From positions 43,710,001-43,774,000 of the forward strand of contig NC_043006.1 in the NCBI RefSeq assembly GCF_006345805.1: 64,000 nucleotides of DNA, written 5' to 3'. Source of the DNA: Octopus sinensis (Eukaryota). The translations under genes were made by a program, and so were the position numbers. Under the pieces are notes generated by a model, which did no database searches, was not told where the DNA came from, and saw nothing but the letters and a program-made list of their open reading frames with translations. This document shows positions 52,466-64,000 of this stretch, piece by piece (within the stretch, counting starts at the first letter, position 1; the number at the start of each line of letters is the position of its first letter).

Positions 52466-52941
52466 GTACACTATATCTTATAAAGTGGCTTCAAATTGCT
52501 ATAAAAGAGTCACTAAAGACTGAAGAGTGAGCATGACTAACTGCAAAACCTATGACTACAACCTCTTCATGATCAGAGTCCCACATCACTAATCATCAAC
52601 CAAATGAATTGGGTCCTTAATATGTGGCCAAACTGAACCCTTTCTCTTGAGAATATATCACTCCATTCCAGTAGAGTCACAGCCACCACCAACAACAACA
52701 ACAACAACACTACCACCACCGCTGTAGTAGGCATAGTCATGGTAGTTAAGTGAGTGGGGCGGGGAGAGGAAAGGTGACTAATTACCGAAAGAGCGATACA
52801 CATATTTCGAGTGTGTGAAGCACTAATTGATGTGTTAAGAAATATAGGAATTTTTCTGGGCAGCTTGTCATCGTTAAATAGTGGTGCACACACGCATGTA
52901 TATATGTGTGTGTATATACATATACATACATACATACATAC

Positions 52942-52991
<50 letters not shown>

Positions 52992-53812
52992 TTTACTGAT
53001 GGAGCTGAACACATTTAGAATGACAAGGAGACAAGTTTAGCCACTTCAATGGTCGTTCGATCGAGGTTGGTGATTTGGTTAAACACAGGGTAATACAGTA
53101 AAGTCAGTCAAATGGACTGTTTGGCAGATCAATATAAGAACTGTCGCAAGCGCTGTGTGAGTGAGCATGAGTGTGGGTTTGTGTGTGTGTGATCAGCCAA
53201 CAATGACCGACTTTTCCAATTGAACCATAACAACATGGGCTATGAGGTAGAAGGAAAGTTGAAGACAGCAAAATAAGTTCACTAAATTACTAGCATAGTG
53301 CCAAATAAAAGATTTGGAACAAACACGGGTATTATTAGTATAGACAAGAAATATTTTTTCTCCCTTTCCCCTCACCCTCTAGCTCTCATTTTTTTCTCTC
53401 TCTCTCACTCGCTCTCTCTTTCTCTCTTTCGCCATCCTTCCCTGCTCCTTCATCCCATTCATATTCTCTATTTCAAGTATCGCTACCTATCAAGCAATCA
53501 ATAGTAGATAACCATATTCAAATTTGTTAAACCATATAACTACATTTTTCTCTTTCTCTTCCTCGAATGTTATTCATTCGGTTTGAACTGAACTTTGTGT
53601 GAATAAAGAAACAGACTCGTTAACTCATTCAGGTTAGAGTTGAGGGTCAATGATGAAAAACTGAAATCGAGAATGGTTTACACGATGATTGTAGCTACAC
53701 AGTTGAAAACTACAAACTACGTCAGTTGTGTGGAGGCAGGGAGTGGGAGTGGGGAGGGGGCGATATACCAGACTCTAAGAAAAATGGTGATGCCTCCTTC
53801 TACTTTTACTTT

Positions 53813-53866
53813 CTCTCCCTCCCTGAAACTCTCTCCCTCCCTGAAACTCTCTCCCTCCCTGAAACT
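53813..53866. repeat. Perfect 18-bp minisatellite x3
   Basis: (CTCTCCCTCCCTGAAACT)3. Confidence 0.95.
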
Positions 53867-54132
53867 CTCTCCCCCCTCTCTCTCTCAGACATGTAACCTT
53901 TTACCACCTTTCTCATTAATTGGTCACACCCATGCCCCCCTCCACTCCTTTTCTTTCTTTCTTTCTTTTTTTTTTTCCTTCTATCACACTTCAACCCCAT
54001 TAACATCCAAAAACACCTGTTATTTCTTCTCTGATCAAGTTCTCTGCCCAACATTTCAGAAATTCACTTTCTACCCCCACCACCTGTCCACTCACAGTAC
54101 ATAAATTTATTGCATTTGGTGAACTTTTGGCT

Positions 54133-54280
54133 ATGTGGTAAGTAGCTTGCTTACGAACCACATGGTTCCGGATTCAGTCCCACTGCATGGCACCTTGGGA
54201 AAGTGTCTTCTACTATAGCCACAAGCCAACCAAAGCCTTGTGAGTGGATTTGGTAGGCGGAAACTGAAAGAAGCCCGTTG

Positions 54281-54311
<31 letters not shown>

Positions 54312-54508
54312 TTGTCCCCCCACCCCCAACATCGCTTGACAACTGATGCTGGTGTGTTTACATCCCCCATAACTTAGCGATTCAGTAAAAGAGAATCGAT
54401 AGAATAAGTACTAGGCTTACAATGAATAAGTCCTGGGGTCGATTTGCTCGACTAAAGGCGGTGCTCCAGCATGGCCACAGTCAAAATGACTGAAACAAGT
54501 AAAGGAGT
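54133..54508 (+). mobile_element. SINE family A, near full length, low divergence
   Basis: Matches the family A head, core and tail. Confidence 0.92.
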
Positions 54509-54811
54509 AACACACATACACACACACAGTACATAAACACTGTTGCCACCCCCACCCCACCATCAAACATACTGCTAATGCAAGCAATTCCATCTCTCAC
54601 CACTACAGTGCAATGCTAAAGCCAACCATATATTGCTACCACAAACACTTAGTACCAAGACCACTGTCCCTACTACTATAATTCATCATGGCCAGAGACC
54701 ACTTCCATAATGTAAGTCCACTGTCCAGCAATTCAGAGCTTCTAAATAATTTAAATGAATGCTGCTAGTCATGTGGTTGTACGTGCTTACATGTATGTTC
54801 AGGTTTGAGGA

Positions 54812-54844
<33 letters not shown>

Positions 54845-57800
54845 TAGTTCATATGTTATGTGCATGTACACACACACACACTAAAGATGAATGTACATTT
54901 GAATTAAGTGTATACTTTAGTGTGTGTGTGTGTGTATGTGGCTAAGTTCATACCTGTATGCGTTGAAAGAGCATGTGGATGTGTGAACCAAGTTATCAGT
55001 CTGTATGTATTAGAGCACACACAGGCACACAATCACACCCACGCATAGAGAAACACACACACATACACACACACACATCGTTGGATATGCTGATCTATGG
55101 CAGAGTTGATTGATTAGTACAGAAGTGATGATCAAGCTTCGCTTAACAGCCAATTGGCAGAAATTTCAAAACATAAAAGGCCACTTGACCATTTCAAACC
55201 TCACTGATGAAACCTAATCAATTCAATATAATCTTGTTTTATAATATTTTATTCTTTAGAAATTAGCAGATAGATAAAGAAACTGGAGAGTGAGGTGGGA
55301 AAGAGGGCAGGAGGAGTGGGGGAGAGGGGGAAGAGGAGAGCAATGGTTAGGTAGAGGAGAGCAGTGGGTAGATGCTGTAGTGGGGTGGAGGTAGTGTGGG
55401 AGGTGCAGGAGGGTGGGGAGAATATGGTTGAAATTAAAAATGTCTTTTGATTTTATATTGAAACAGATGGTGACAGAGAAAGGATAGACTCATTTCATCA
55501 GTGTCTTATAAACATAAAGGGTAATTATGTATTAGTCAGACTGATGCTCTCATCTTGGTTGTTGCTTTCATTACATTTCAGTTGTGTGTATCGCAGCCAT
55601 TTTTCAGGTGCCTTGTGATTGATTCACCTTGGCGTCTTGCCTGAGATTGAACTTAGAACCTTTAGGTAATTGCAATGCATTAATCAACACCTTTATCCAC
55701 TATGCTTTGCCTGTAAGCAGTATTAAGAGTGAATTTTTAAGGTTTACAAGCCTCCATTGATGTCTTATATCGGTTCTCAACTGTTCGGATAATACAACTC
55801 TGTATTTTCTGAGATGAGGAATTTTTCATATTATGTATTAGTTGTGAAAGCAACAAGATGAAGACACTGCTCCTATTAATAAATAATATTAAAAAAATTT
55901 CATCTCAGAAATACAGGATTATAGAAAAGGTACTGTTTCTCCCACCTGGATTTGAACATGAAACGACTAAATTGTGAAATATATTTATGATTGAGAAAGA
56001 ATTTCTACATTGATTTCTTTTTTTTTTTTTTGTTTCATTCTAACAATTTTCTTTAAAGACGAAATATGATCACAACCAATAATTTTAACTCATTTAAAAG
56101 AAAAAAAGAATAAGAAAACAGAAAGAAATGTAAAGACCAAAACAAAGTAAAAAGAACTATATGTGCATCTAAAAGGGAAAGAAATAGAAAATGGATTGAA
56201 AGGAATAAATGGAGATATATTTAAAGAATGAGATAGAAAGGAAGTGGAGAAAGATGGGAAGCGAAAGTAAAAGAGGACACTTGAGAGAATGATGATAGAT
56301 CAGCCAAATAGATAGATTGGATGAAAACAAAAAGAAGAGGAGAAAACTGAAAACAGCAATAACCTTGTATCTTCAATCTATCTATCCCTGTGTATACACA
56401 CGCACATATATTATCCTTTATAATACTTTTTCTCCCTGGTGAATCTTTGACAATGTCATATATCCACAAATGGCGTGTGTATTCCCATGGTCCAAACTGC
56501 ACATCGCTTTACGGTGATAACTGTCAGGGCAATAGAGAGAAAGAACAAAAGCAATTCTGGGTCGATCAGACAGATCAATGGCAACCTGATGACACTAGAA
56601 GTGAGATGGTGTGTGGTCAGTCCCCCCACCTTCGCCTCTCTCATTCTCTCTCTCTCTCGCACACGACTTAGTGGATGCCATTGATAAATAGAATATACTT
56701 CTGTTGAATCACTGTGACCCATACAAAATGAAAGGGTTTATTCATTCAATAAAATGAAGGTGTAGAAATCGAGATTAAATGCACTGAAGCCATTGCCTCA
56801 TCAAGGGTAGTGACTGTGTTTAAAGATACAGATACAGATGCATGCATACATAAATGCACAATCACACACATACATATACACAAAGCCACACACACATGCA
56901 TATATACAAAACAAAAGGGTTTGCTAACAGAGCCACAAGATCCCAAATTTAGGTGGATGTGTATAACTACTGATATCAATCATCAATACCTGGAAACTGC
57001 TTGATTTTTATCAACCCTGAGAGGTTTAAAAGTAAAGAGAGCCTTCACAGGATTTGATCTCTGAACATAAAACAACCTGGATAAATACTGCAAGATAATC
57101 TAATCTGTTTGTGTTGCTTTACCTATTCTGCCAGTGAGCCAAGTACAGACTCTGTTTTATCTTTTTCTTCAGTTTTCTTTTTGGTTTTTTTTTTGGTTTT
57201 TTTTTTGTGAAATAAAGAAATAAATTTCCTACATCATCATTCTCAATAATGTAAGTCACTGATTGATAGTTAATATTTACCAGTGGATTTCAGCCAAACT
57301 CAAATAACTACTTAAGAAGTACTTAAATTTTTCTATTGATCACCCCCCCCCCGCCCGCCATCACCACCAACACCACCTTTCCCCCCACTTCTTTCTCTCT
57401 CTCTCACTCTCTCTCTCTGTTCTCGCAATTATCTGGCACCTAACATTCATAGCTTATATGAATCTGCAAAAACAGGAAAATGCATTTCTGAAAAATATGA
57501 ACACAACTATTTTAAAGCTAGGTGCCCATGTTCGACTGCCAATCCGTTAATTGTAAAGGGAGATATTAAGAGCACACATTCAGGCTACACAACATAAATT
57601 AGACAACACAGAGAAACATCTCGCCGAAAATACATGATGCAAAGCCATTGGTAACATCTAAAAGTAATCCTACTTGCTCCACACGTAATGGTTTAGTTTT
57701 TAATTCCTCATGGAAAGTTGCTAGTTATGTAATATTACACTTTAATGATCATACATAGCTAGAACACATATATGGTGCTACAGTGTCATCAATAATGGCT

Positions 57801-58353
57801 ATAAAGAGCTTGAAACATTTGCCAATCGACTCCACATTACCTGTATAGACAACTAGTAATACTTACATAGAGTATTAGCAACATTTGTACAGATACGTAG
57901 CTACAGTTATCAAAGGGATATTTAATTTTACATATAAAATGACGCCGCATTTCCATAGAAAACTTCCCACCACTTAGTGAAAATCTCTGTTTAAACAACA
58001 ATTGCAACAATACGAAAGGCTAAAACCAACTTTACGATTCACTTCCACTAATTTAACCATTTTATTTCTTCCCTGCTTCCAAAACATTAACAGTGTTTGG
58101 ACTGCTGGATACTGAGAGGAAATAATTTATAATTTCCTCTTTTGAAATTGATCTTCTGAAGTTCTCATATTGGATAGGAGTTTAGACGGAGTAAACTAAT
58201 GGTCAATTAAAATTGGGAATATATCTAAGAAATATTTACACAGTTCCCGAGAGTTTTACACCATGGCTCCTCCCCTCTCCCACATAATAAATATGCTTTA
58301 ATATTCACAAACAACATAGATACACATACAGAGAAAGAGAGAGAGAGAGAGAG

Positions 58354-58386
<33 letters not shown>

Positions 58387-58638
58387 CTGGACTCACATAC
58401 ACACATTCTACACACATTCAAGCAACACAGACAAAAACACAATATAATATATGTATGTATATATTTGTGTGTGTATGAGTGTGATGTGGTGTGTATGTGT
58501 ATATAATATATAACCATACCTATATTATATATGTACACAGAGAGAAATATGGATGTAAAAGAAGCTCAAATTATCTGGAAATTTTATTTACGCCAGGCTG
58601 CATTCATTGGTTTGGAGTTCAAATATAAATTATTCCCA

Positions 58639-58681
<43 letters not shown>

Positions 58682-58984
58682 CTGTGTGTGAGAGAGAGAG
58701 AGAGAAAGAGAGGGGTAGAGATAGATAGACAGAGAGAGAGAGAGTGCGTGTGCACACAGATCTGAAATCTCTCTCTCTGTGATGTGTGTATATCATTCTA
58801 ATATATACTTCTCTCTTCGCTAGATAAAGTTAGATGGATCTACAGAATGTTGTATCATTCATTACTACTCCCACCATTCTCTTCTCATCTGTGGAGCTTA
58901 TTATACTGAGATCTAATCACACACTATTCTCATTTGTCTTACGATGGAAGGGGAGACGTTATATATCAAGCAAAGCACCAAAGT

Positions 58985-59165
58985 GGAAGAATCCTTCGCA
59001 TGTCTCCTGACACGTTACATTCCGAGTTCAAATCCCACCGAGGTCAACTTTGCCCTTCACTCTTTTGTGGGGAGGGGAGTCTATAAATTATGTAGCAGAT
59101 AGCCACTGGGGATCAATGTGATCAACTAACACCCCCACCCCACCAAATTTCAGGCCTTATGCCTG
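58985..59165 (+). mobile_element. SINE family B, diverged
   Basis: GAGTTCAAATCCCACCGAGGTCAACTTTGCC...CCAAATTTCAGGCCTTATGCCT. Confidence 0.75.
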
Positions 59166-59290
59166 ATTTATACATAAAAAAACAATACAGGAATAATAAT
59201 CGTTTGCTTAGCAAGCTTACATCACAACCACTTGGCTATGGGTTTGCAAACACCTTATCAATGGAATTTTGTAGATAGACACTCTTAACA

Positions 59291-59480
59291 CTTTTACTTG
59301 TTTCAATCATTTGACTGTGGCCATGTTGGAGTACCGCCTTTAGTCGAGCAAATCAACACCAGGACTTATTCTTTGTAAGCCTAGTACTTATTCTATCGGT
59401 CTCTTTTGCCGAACTGCTAAGTGACGGAGACATAAACACACCAGCATCGGTTGTCAAGCAATATTGGGAACACAAACGCA

Positions 59481-59560
<80 letters not shown>

Positions 59561-59752
59561 TAAATACATATATATAAATACATATATATGACAGGCTTCT
59601 TTCAGTTTCCATCTATCAAATCCACTCACAAGGCTTTGGTCAGCCCGAGGCTATAGTAGAAGACACTTGCCCAAGGTGCCACGCGGTGGGACTGAACCTG
59701 GAACCATGTGGTTGGTAAGCACGCTACTTACCACACAGCCACTCCTACGCCT
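59291..59752 (-). mobile_element. SINE family A, full length, low divergence
   Basis: Complete reverse complement from ...TTTACTTGTTTC to ...CCACTCCTACGCCTA, with a (CA)n(TA)n core. Confidence 0.93.
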
Positions 59753-60764
59753 ATATGAATTAAAACTGAATACTTCTATCAGGGTTGGGTAGGGCTATAT
59801 TGGAAAGATGGAGAAGGTTTCAATTTTAAAACAGAATCACACAATTACAGTTATGTTTTGTGTTTTAAACATACTTTACACCAACATGGACATACACATA
59901 CGCACACACATCTGTAAGTGAAGACAATGTATTCATTAGCTGTTAATTCTTTTGAGATCAAGAAACATATTTATAAATATTGTGTTGTATTGGAAAAGAC
60001 TAATGAACAACACTTAACTCCCACAATGCCACAAAAAGGAGTGGAGAGTTATTCAATTTCATTAGCAAATATTTAGATTTTCTTGAAGAGGTTAGCAAAA
60101 GTTATCAAGAGAGAATGTAATGCATAAATAAATGAATGAATGAATGAATGGAATAAAAATCCTTGTGCAAAAACACACTTTTGTTTGAATCAGCAAGCAC
60201 ATATTCTAGTTCTAGCTGATGAGAGGAAAAATTTCCTTGTTTTTTCTTTTTCCTTTCCCATAAAATAAAATATTAAAAAAAAACCAAGCAAATAAGAAAA
60301 ACATCACTCTTCATCACTTCGTTTTATAAATGGAGACTTGTGATGTCAGCACGTTGAAAGGATGCAAAATGTGTGATAGAAACCTATGGTTATCATTTGT
60401 GTGTGGTAAATATACCATGCTAATGATAGGGTTTATGTCTTAATGCTTGTAGCACCTCTTAACTGACAAAAATATGGTGCCAACTGATGTGGTTACAAAA
60501 TTGGTATTTACTGAGAGCTATGATGTGATATATCTGGGCAAGGTGGGCCATTAAAAATAGAATGATGGCAGGGGAAGAAGGAGGGGGGAAGGAAGGTGGA
60601 AAGCAAGAAAGAAAGAAAGAAATAGTACTTTTAGCTTGGAATAGGAAGCAAAAGGTTGCTGACAACTAACACTGATTGGGTGTTTAATAACAAAAATACT
60701 GACTAATGATTCAAGTTTCTTCATGTTACAATAATGTAAGGCAGTAATAACCCTTTCTACTGGA

Positions 60765-61190
60765 AGCACAAGGCCTTAAATTTGGAGGAAGCGATTAAGT
60801 CGATTACACTGACCCCAGTTCATAACTGGTTCTTAATTTATCCACCCCGAAAGGATGAAAGTAAAATCAACCTCAACGGAATTTGAACTCCGAACGTAGC
60901 GACAGACAAAATACCGCTGAGCATTTTGCCCAGAATGCTAAATGTAAGGAAGTAAGGACCTGTACAGCCAAAACTTTGTAAAATTTCTAATAGTTTCATC
61001 ATTTAAAAGGGTTGGATAGAAGTTTTATTTTCCAGATTAGATATTAATGATGGTCTCGAATTTGGTACAAGGCCGCCAGCAATTTTGGGGAAGGGGGTAA
61101 GTCGATTACATCAACCCCAGTGCTCAACTGGTACTTATTTTATCGACTTCAAAAGGATGAAAGGCAAAGTCAACCTTGGTGGAATTGAGC
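60765..61190 (-). mobile_element. Two SINE family B copies (about 60765-60942 and 61063-61190)
   Basis: Both contain CACAAGGCC...GTCGATTACA...GACCCCAGT...AAAGGATGAAAG. Confidence 0.85.
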
Positions 61191-61209
61191 ATACAGATAG
61201 ACAGACTGA

Positions 61210-61585
61210 TTGGCTTCCGAGCCGGTGGCATGTAAAGAGCACCATTCAAACGTGATCATTTCCAGCGTTGCCTTACTGGCACATGAAAAACATTCAAGCA
61301 AGGTCACTGCCAATGCCGCTTGACTGGCTCCTGTGCAGGTGGCACATCAAAAACATCACTTGAGCATGGCTGTTGCCAGTACCACCTGACTGGCCCTCAT
61401 TTCAGTAGCACGTAAAATGCACCCACTACACTCCCGGAGTGGCTGGTGTTAGGAAGGGCATCCAGCTGTAGACACTCTGCCAGATCAGATTGGAGCCTGG
61501 TGCAGCCATCTGGTTCACCAGTCCTCAGTCAAATCGTCCAATCCATGCTAGCATGGAAAGCGGACGTTAAACGATGATGATGATG
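61210..61585 (+). mobile_element. RTE-related 3' end (family C) with (GAT)n tail
   Basis: Reverse complement of the 45788-46100 3' UTR; ends CGGACGTTAAACGATGATGATGATG. Confidence 0.9.
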
Positions 61586-64000
61586 AGGAGGAGGAGGAGG
61601 AGGAGGAAAGTCTCCAAGTGGTCAAACAATCTGTGAGCAAAAGCAGCTAAATCTCCCTCAAATAACACCCAACTGTCTTGAATATGAAAAGAACTTATCA
61701 GTATAGTTCTACATGTGCTTTGAAAGAAGGATGCCGATGAAAGGATGGCCATGATCAGAATGCTTTTGATCATAGTTGTACTCAATCATGGATTGGCTGA
61801 ATGCTAAACAACTAACATTGACAACAAATAGTTTCCGGTCAGTTTTCAATAACCAATCTTAATCCACTCAGTCCACAGTAATTAATAAATTGTATACAAA
61901 TAAATCAGAGAGTTACTTCGATGATGGACATTAAAGCCACCAAAAATATTAGTCTGTGATGTAACTAAGTCTAAATTAATACCAAAATCTCTATTTAAAT
62001 CACCTGATCACCGGGGGGCTATTAGATTATTTATCTCGTATGAAACAAGTTTAAAAAGAATTACCAAAGAAATTAATTGCCATTTTAACTGATGAACTCA
62101 CCTCCCCACTCCCTTGCCTCCACTCCACTCCACCCCACTTCACTTCACTTCACTTCACTTCACATACCACCCTCTCATCATCTACATAGAGGTAAAACAG
62201 TAATCTTTATACTGGTTTAAACATTCAGAGAAGAAACCGACAAAAATAATTATAAATGAGCCATAGGAGATAATTCCAATTCTAAAAATTCAAAGAATGA
62301 AAAGAGAAAAGACAAACAATAGGAACTGCATAAAAGTGTGTACTAAGTAACTCAGGAGGAGGAGGTGGTGGAGGCAGAAGAAGAAGAGAAGCAGTGAGGA
62401 GTGTGAAAAGCAGGCTGAGTGCAGCAATGAATAGACTGCAACTGTTGTTGATAGATCAACTGTTGTCAACTATCATTCTACAATGATTAAAAAACAATCT
62501 GTCATTCTAAATTTGAAAATACTTAAGATATAATCTAGGTCTTGATGCTTAAATCAATTCTGGGGTGATGAATAATCTCCGTAATCTTCACCCAAGACAG
62601 CTTCAGTCAACTCGATGCAAACTGCCACTTTAAATTGATTCTCAAAATCCCTTTCAATCATTAAAACAACAGCCATGGTTTGAAATATTGGGTTTGTGAC
62701 AGGAATATCTCTAAGAAAAACAAATCTGTAAAAAAATAGCCCTCCATTATAGCCAGACCTATGACACCAGATGGAGTTTAAAGCTACAAGTTAAACATAC
62801 TTTTCTTAAAGAAAAAAAAAATACATGTATTCAAAATGTTGTTAATAGTATGAATTAGTCTGGCATCAGATCTAAACATAACTCCAACACTGAAGTCATC
62901 ACATGTACAAGATTTTTCTTCAACAGGTAATTAATATTAAGATTCATATTTACATTCAGTAGATACAGACAACGCCATATATAAAATTGAAGACAAAATA
63001 ATTATCATAAGACTTGGTTGGAACTAATGATGGAAGTTCTGTTAATGATCACGTTCTTCAGAAACTGCTGGAATTTTCTGCAGCAATCAACAAACCTTGT
63101 TAGCTGCTTAACAATGGAAAAGAAATTTGCTAAAAATGTACAAATCCTTTTCTGATTCTGGGATTAATGCAGGCAATACATTAGCTCTATTTTAAAAATG
63201 ACAAAAAATGTATTTCTCAATAGACATATTTCTCAAATATTTAAAGAAAAAATTCAGACACAGTTGTCAAATAGACACTGTACCGATACATTAAGAAAAT
63301 ACTTGATATTTTATCTGCGAATTTTTAGAAGACATATGATTTTACTTATGTAATACTATATAATACAATTCTACCATATATATTCAAAGATTTGTTTCCT
63401 CAGACTTCTATTAGTCTGTTTAAGTATAACTACTGGTAACAACTGTAACGAAAAATAACTATTCTCACAATATATATACGTACATACATACACACATACA
63501 AATCCATACCAGTTTATTTTCCTTACTGTAATAACTCCTAATGTTTCATGATCTTAGAATTAGTCCTTTCAAAGTTGGTCTATCCTTCTTCTGAATCATA
63601 TTGAAGTTTCAGAAAATTGCACTAGCTCCCCTCCAGCTTATCAGCTTTACAATGCCATGATTCTGGGTCATACAACTACAATAATTACCAATAGTACTTC
63701 TATACTATCACCAATTCCACTACTATGAATACAGACTATATCATAATTACAAATTTAAGCAAAATTCCTTGTGTGCCATCTCTTTCATCTTATCTGAATA
63801 AAATCTACAAGTCGTCTATACATTTTGACGGCAATACACTTTTAAGAATTCATTTAAAACAACTATTATCTGCTTGCCATTCATTTATACTCTATAATTC
63901 ATATAAATTTGATTGGCAAAAATTACTATCTCACTTGCAAGTACTTATGTTAGCTAAGAACTTAACTACAATATGTCTGTACCTGTCGATGGTTATTGCT

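Noticed and set aside
55799-55918. About 24-bp inverted repeat as a functional RNA hairpin
   Set aside because: A similar word occurs near 30410, so it is probably a MITE remnant; the loop is about 70 nt.
1-64000. CRISPR array, operon or prokaryotic defence system
   Set aside because: No regularly spaced repeat-spacer array and no dense ORFs; the DNA is clearly eukaryotic and repeat-rich.

Overview
This is AT-rich eukaryotic DNA dense in microsatellites. The SINE and MITE families I recognise point to an octopus or other coleoid cephalopod; this is an inference, not a database result. I found no intact, identifiable protein-coding gene, and no rRNA, true tRNA, CRISPR or prokaryotic system. 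Most ORF-track entries are microsatellite or repeat artefacts. The window looks like a large intron or intergenic region. Well-supported content: many tRNA-derived SINE copies from at least three families, including nested insertions with target-site duplications (TSDs); RTE-clade LINE 3' fragments, one with a 22-bp TSD; an internally deleted mariner with TIRs and TA TSD; TTAA/CCC-ended piggyBac-like MITEs, one nested in another; and a Helentron/DINE-1-like element. The most interesting non-TE signal is a locally duplicated, decaying multi-exon gene at about 45.1-48.7 kb. Its two copies share splice sites and show excess synonymous change, and it may encode a secreted or LRR-type Cys-containing protein. 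Weaker leads are decayed receptor-like remnants on the minus strand (Ig-like near 0.75-1.0 kb; LRRCT-TM-TIR-box1-like near 7.55-7.95 kb), an 8-nt microexon-like splice signature at 31.15 kb, and a pre-miRNA-sized hairpin at 50.1 kb. All protein-family calls outside the TEs are hand pattern matches and need HMM or RNA-seq confirmation.
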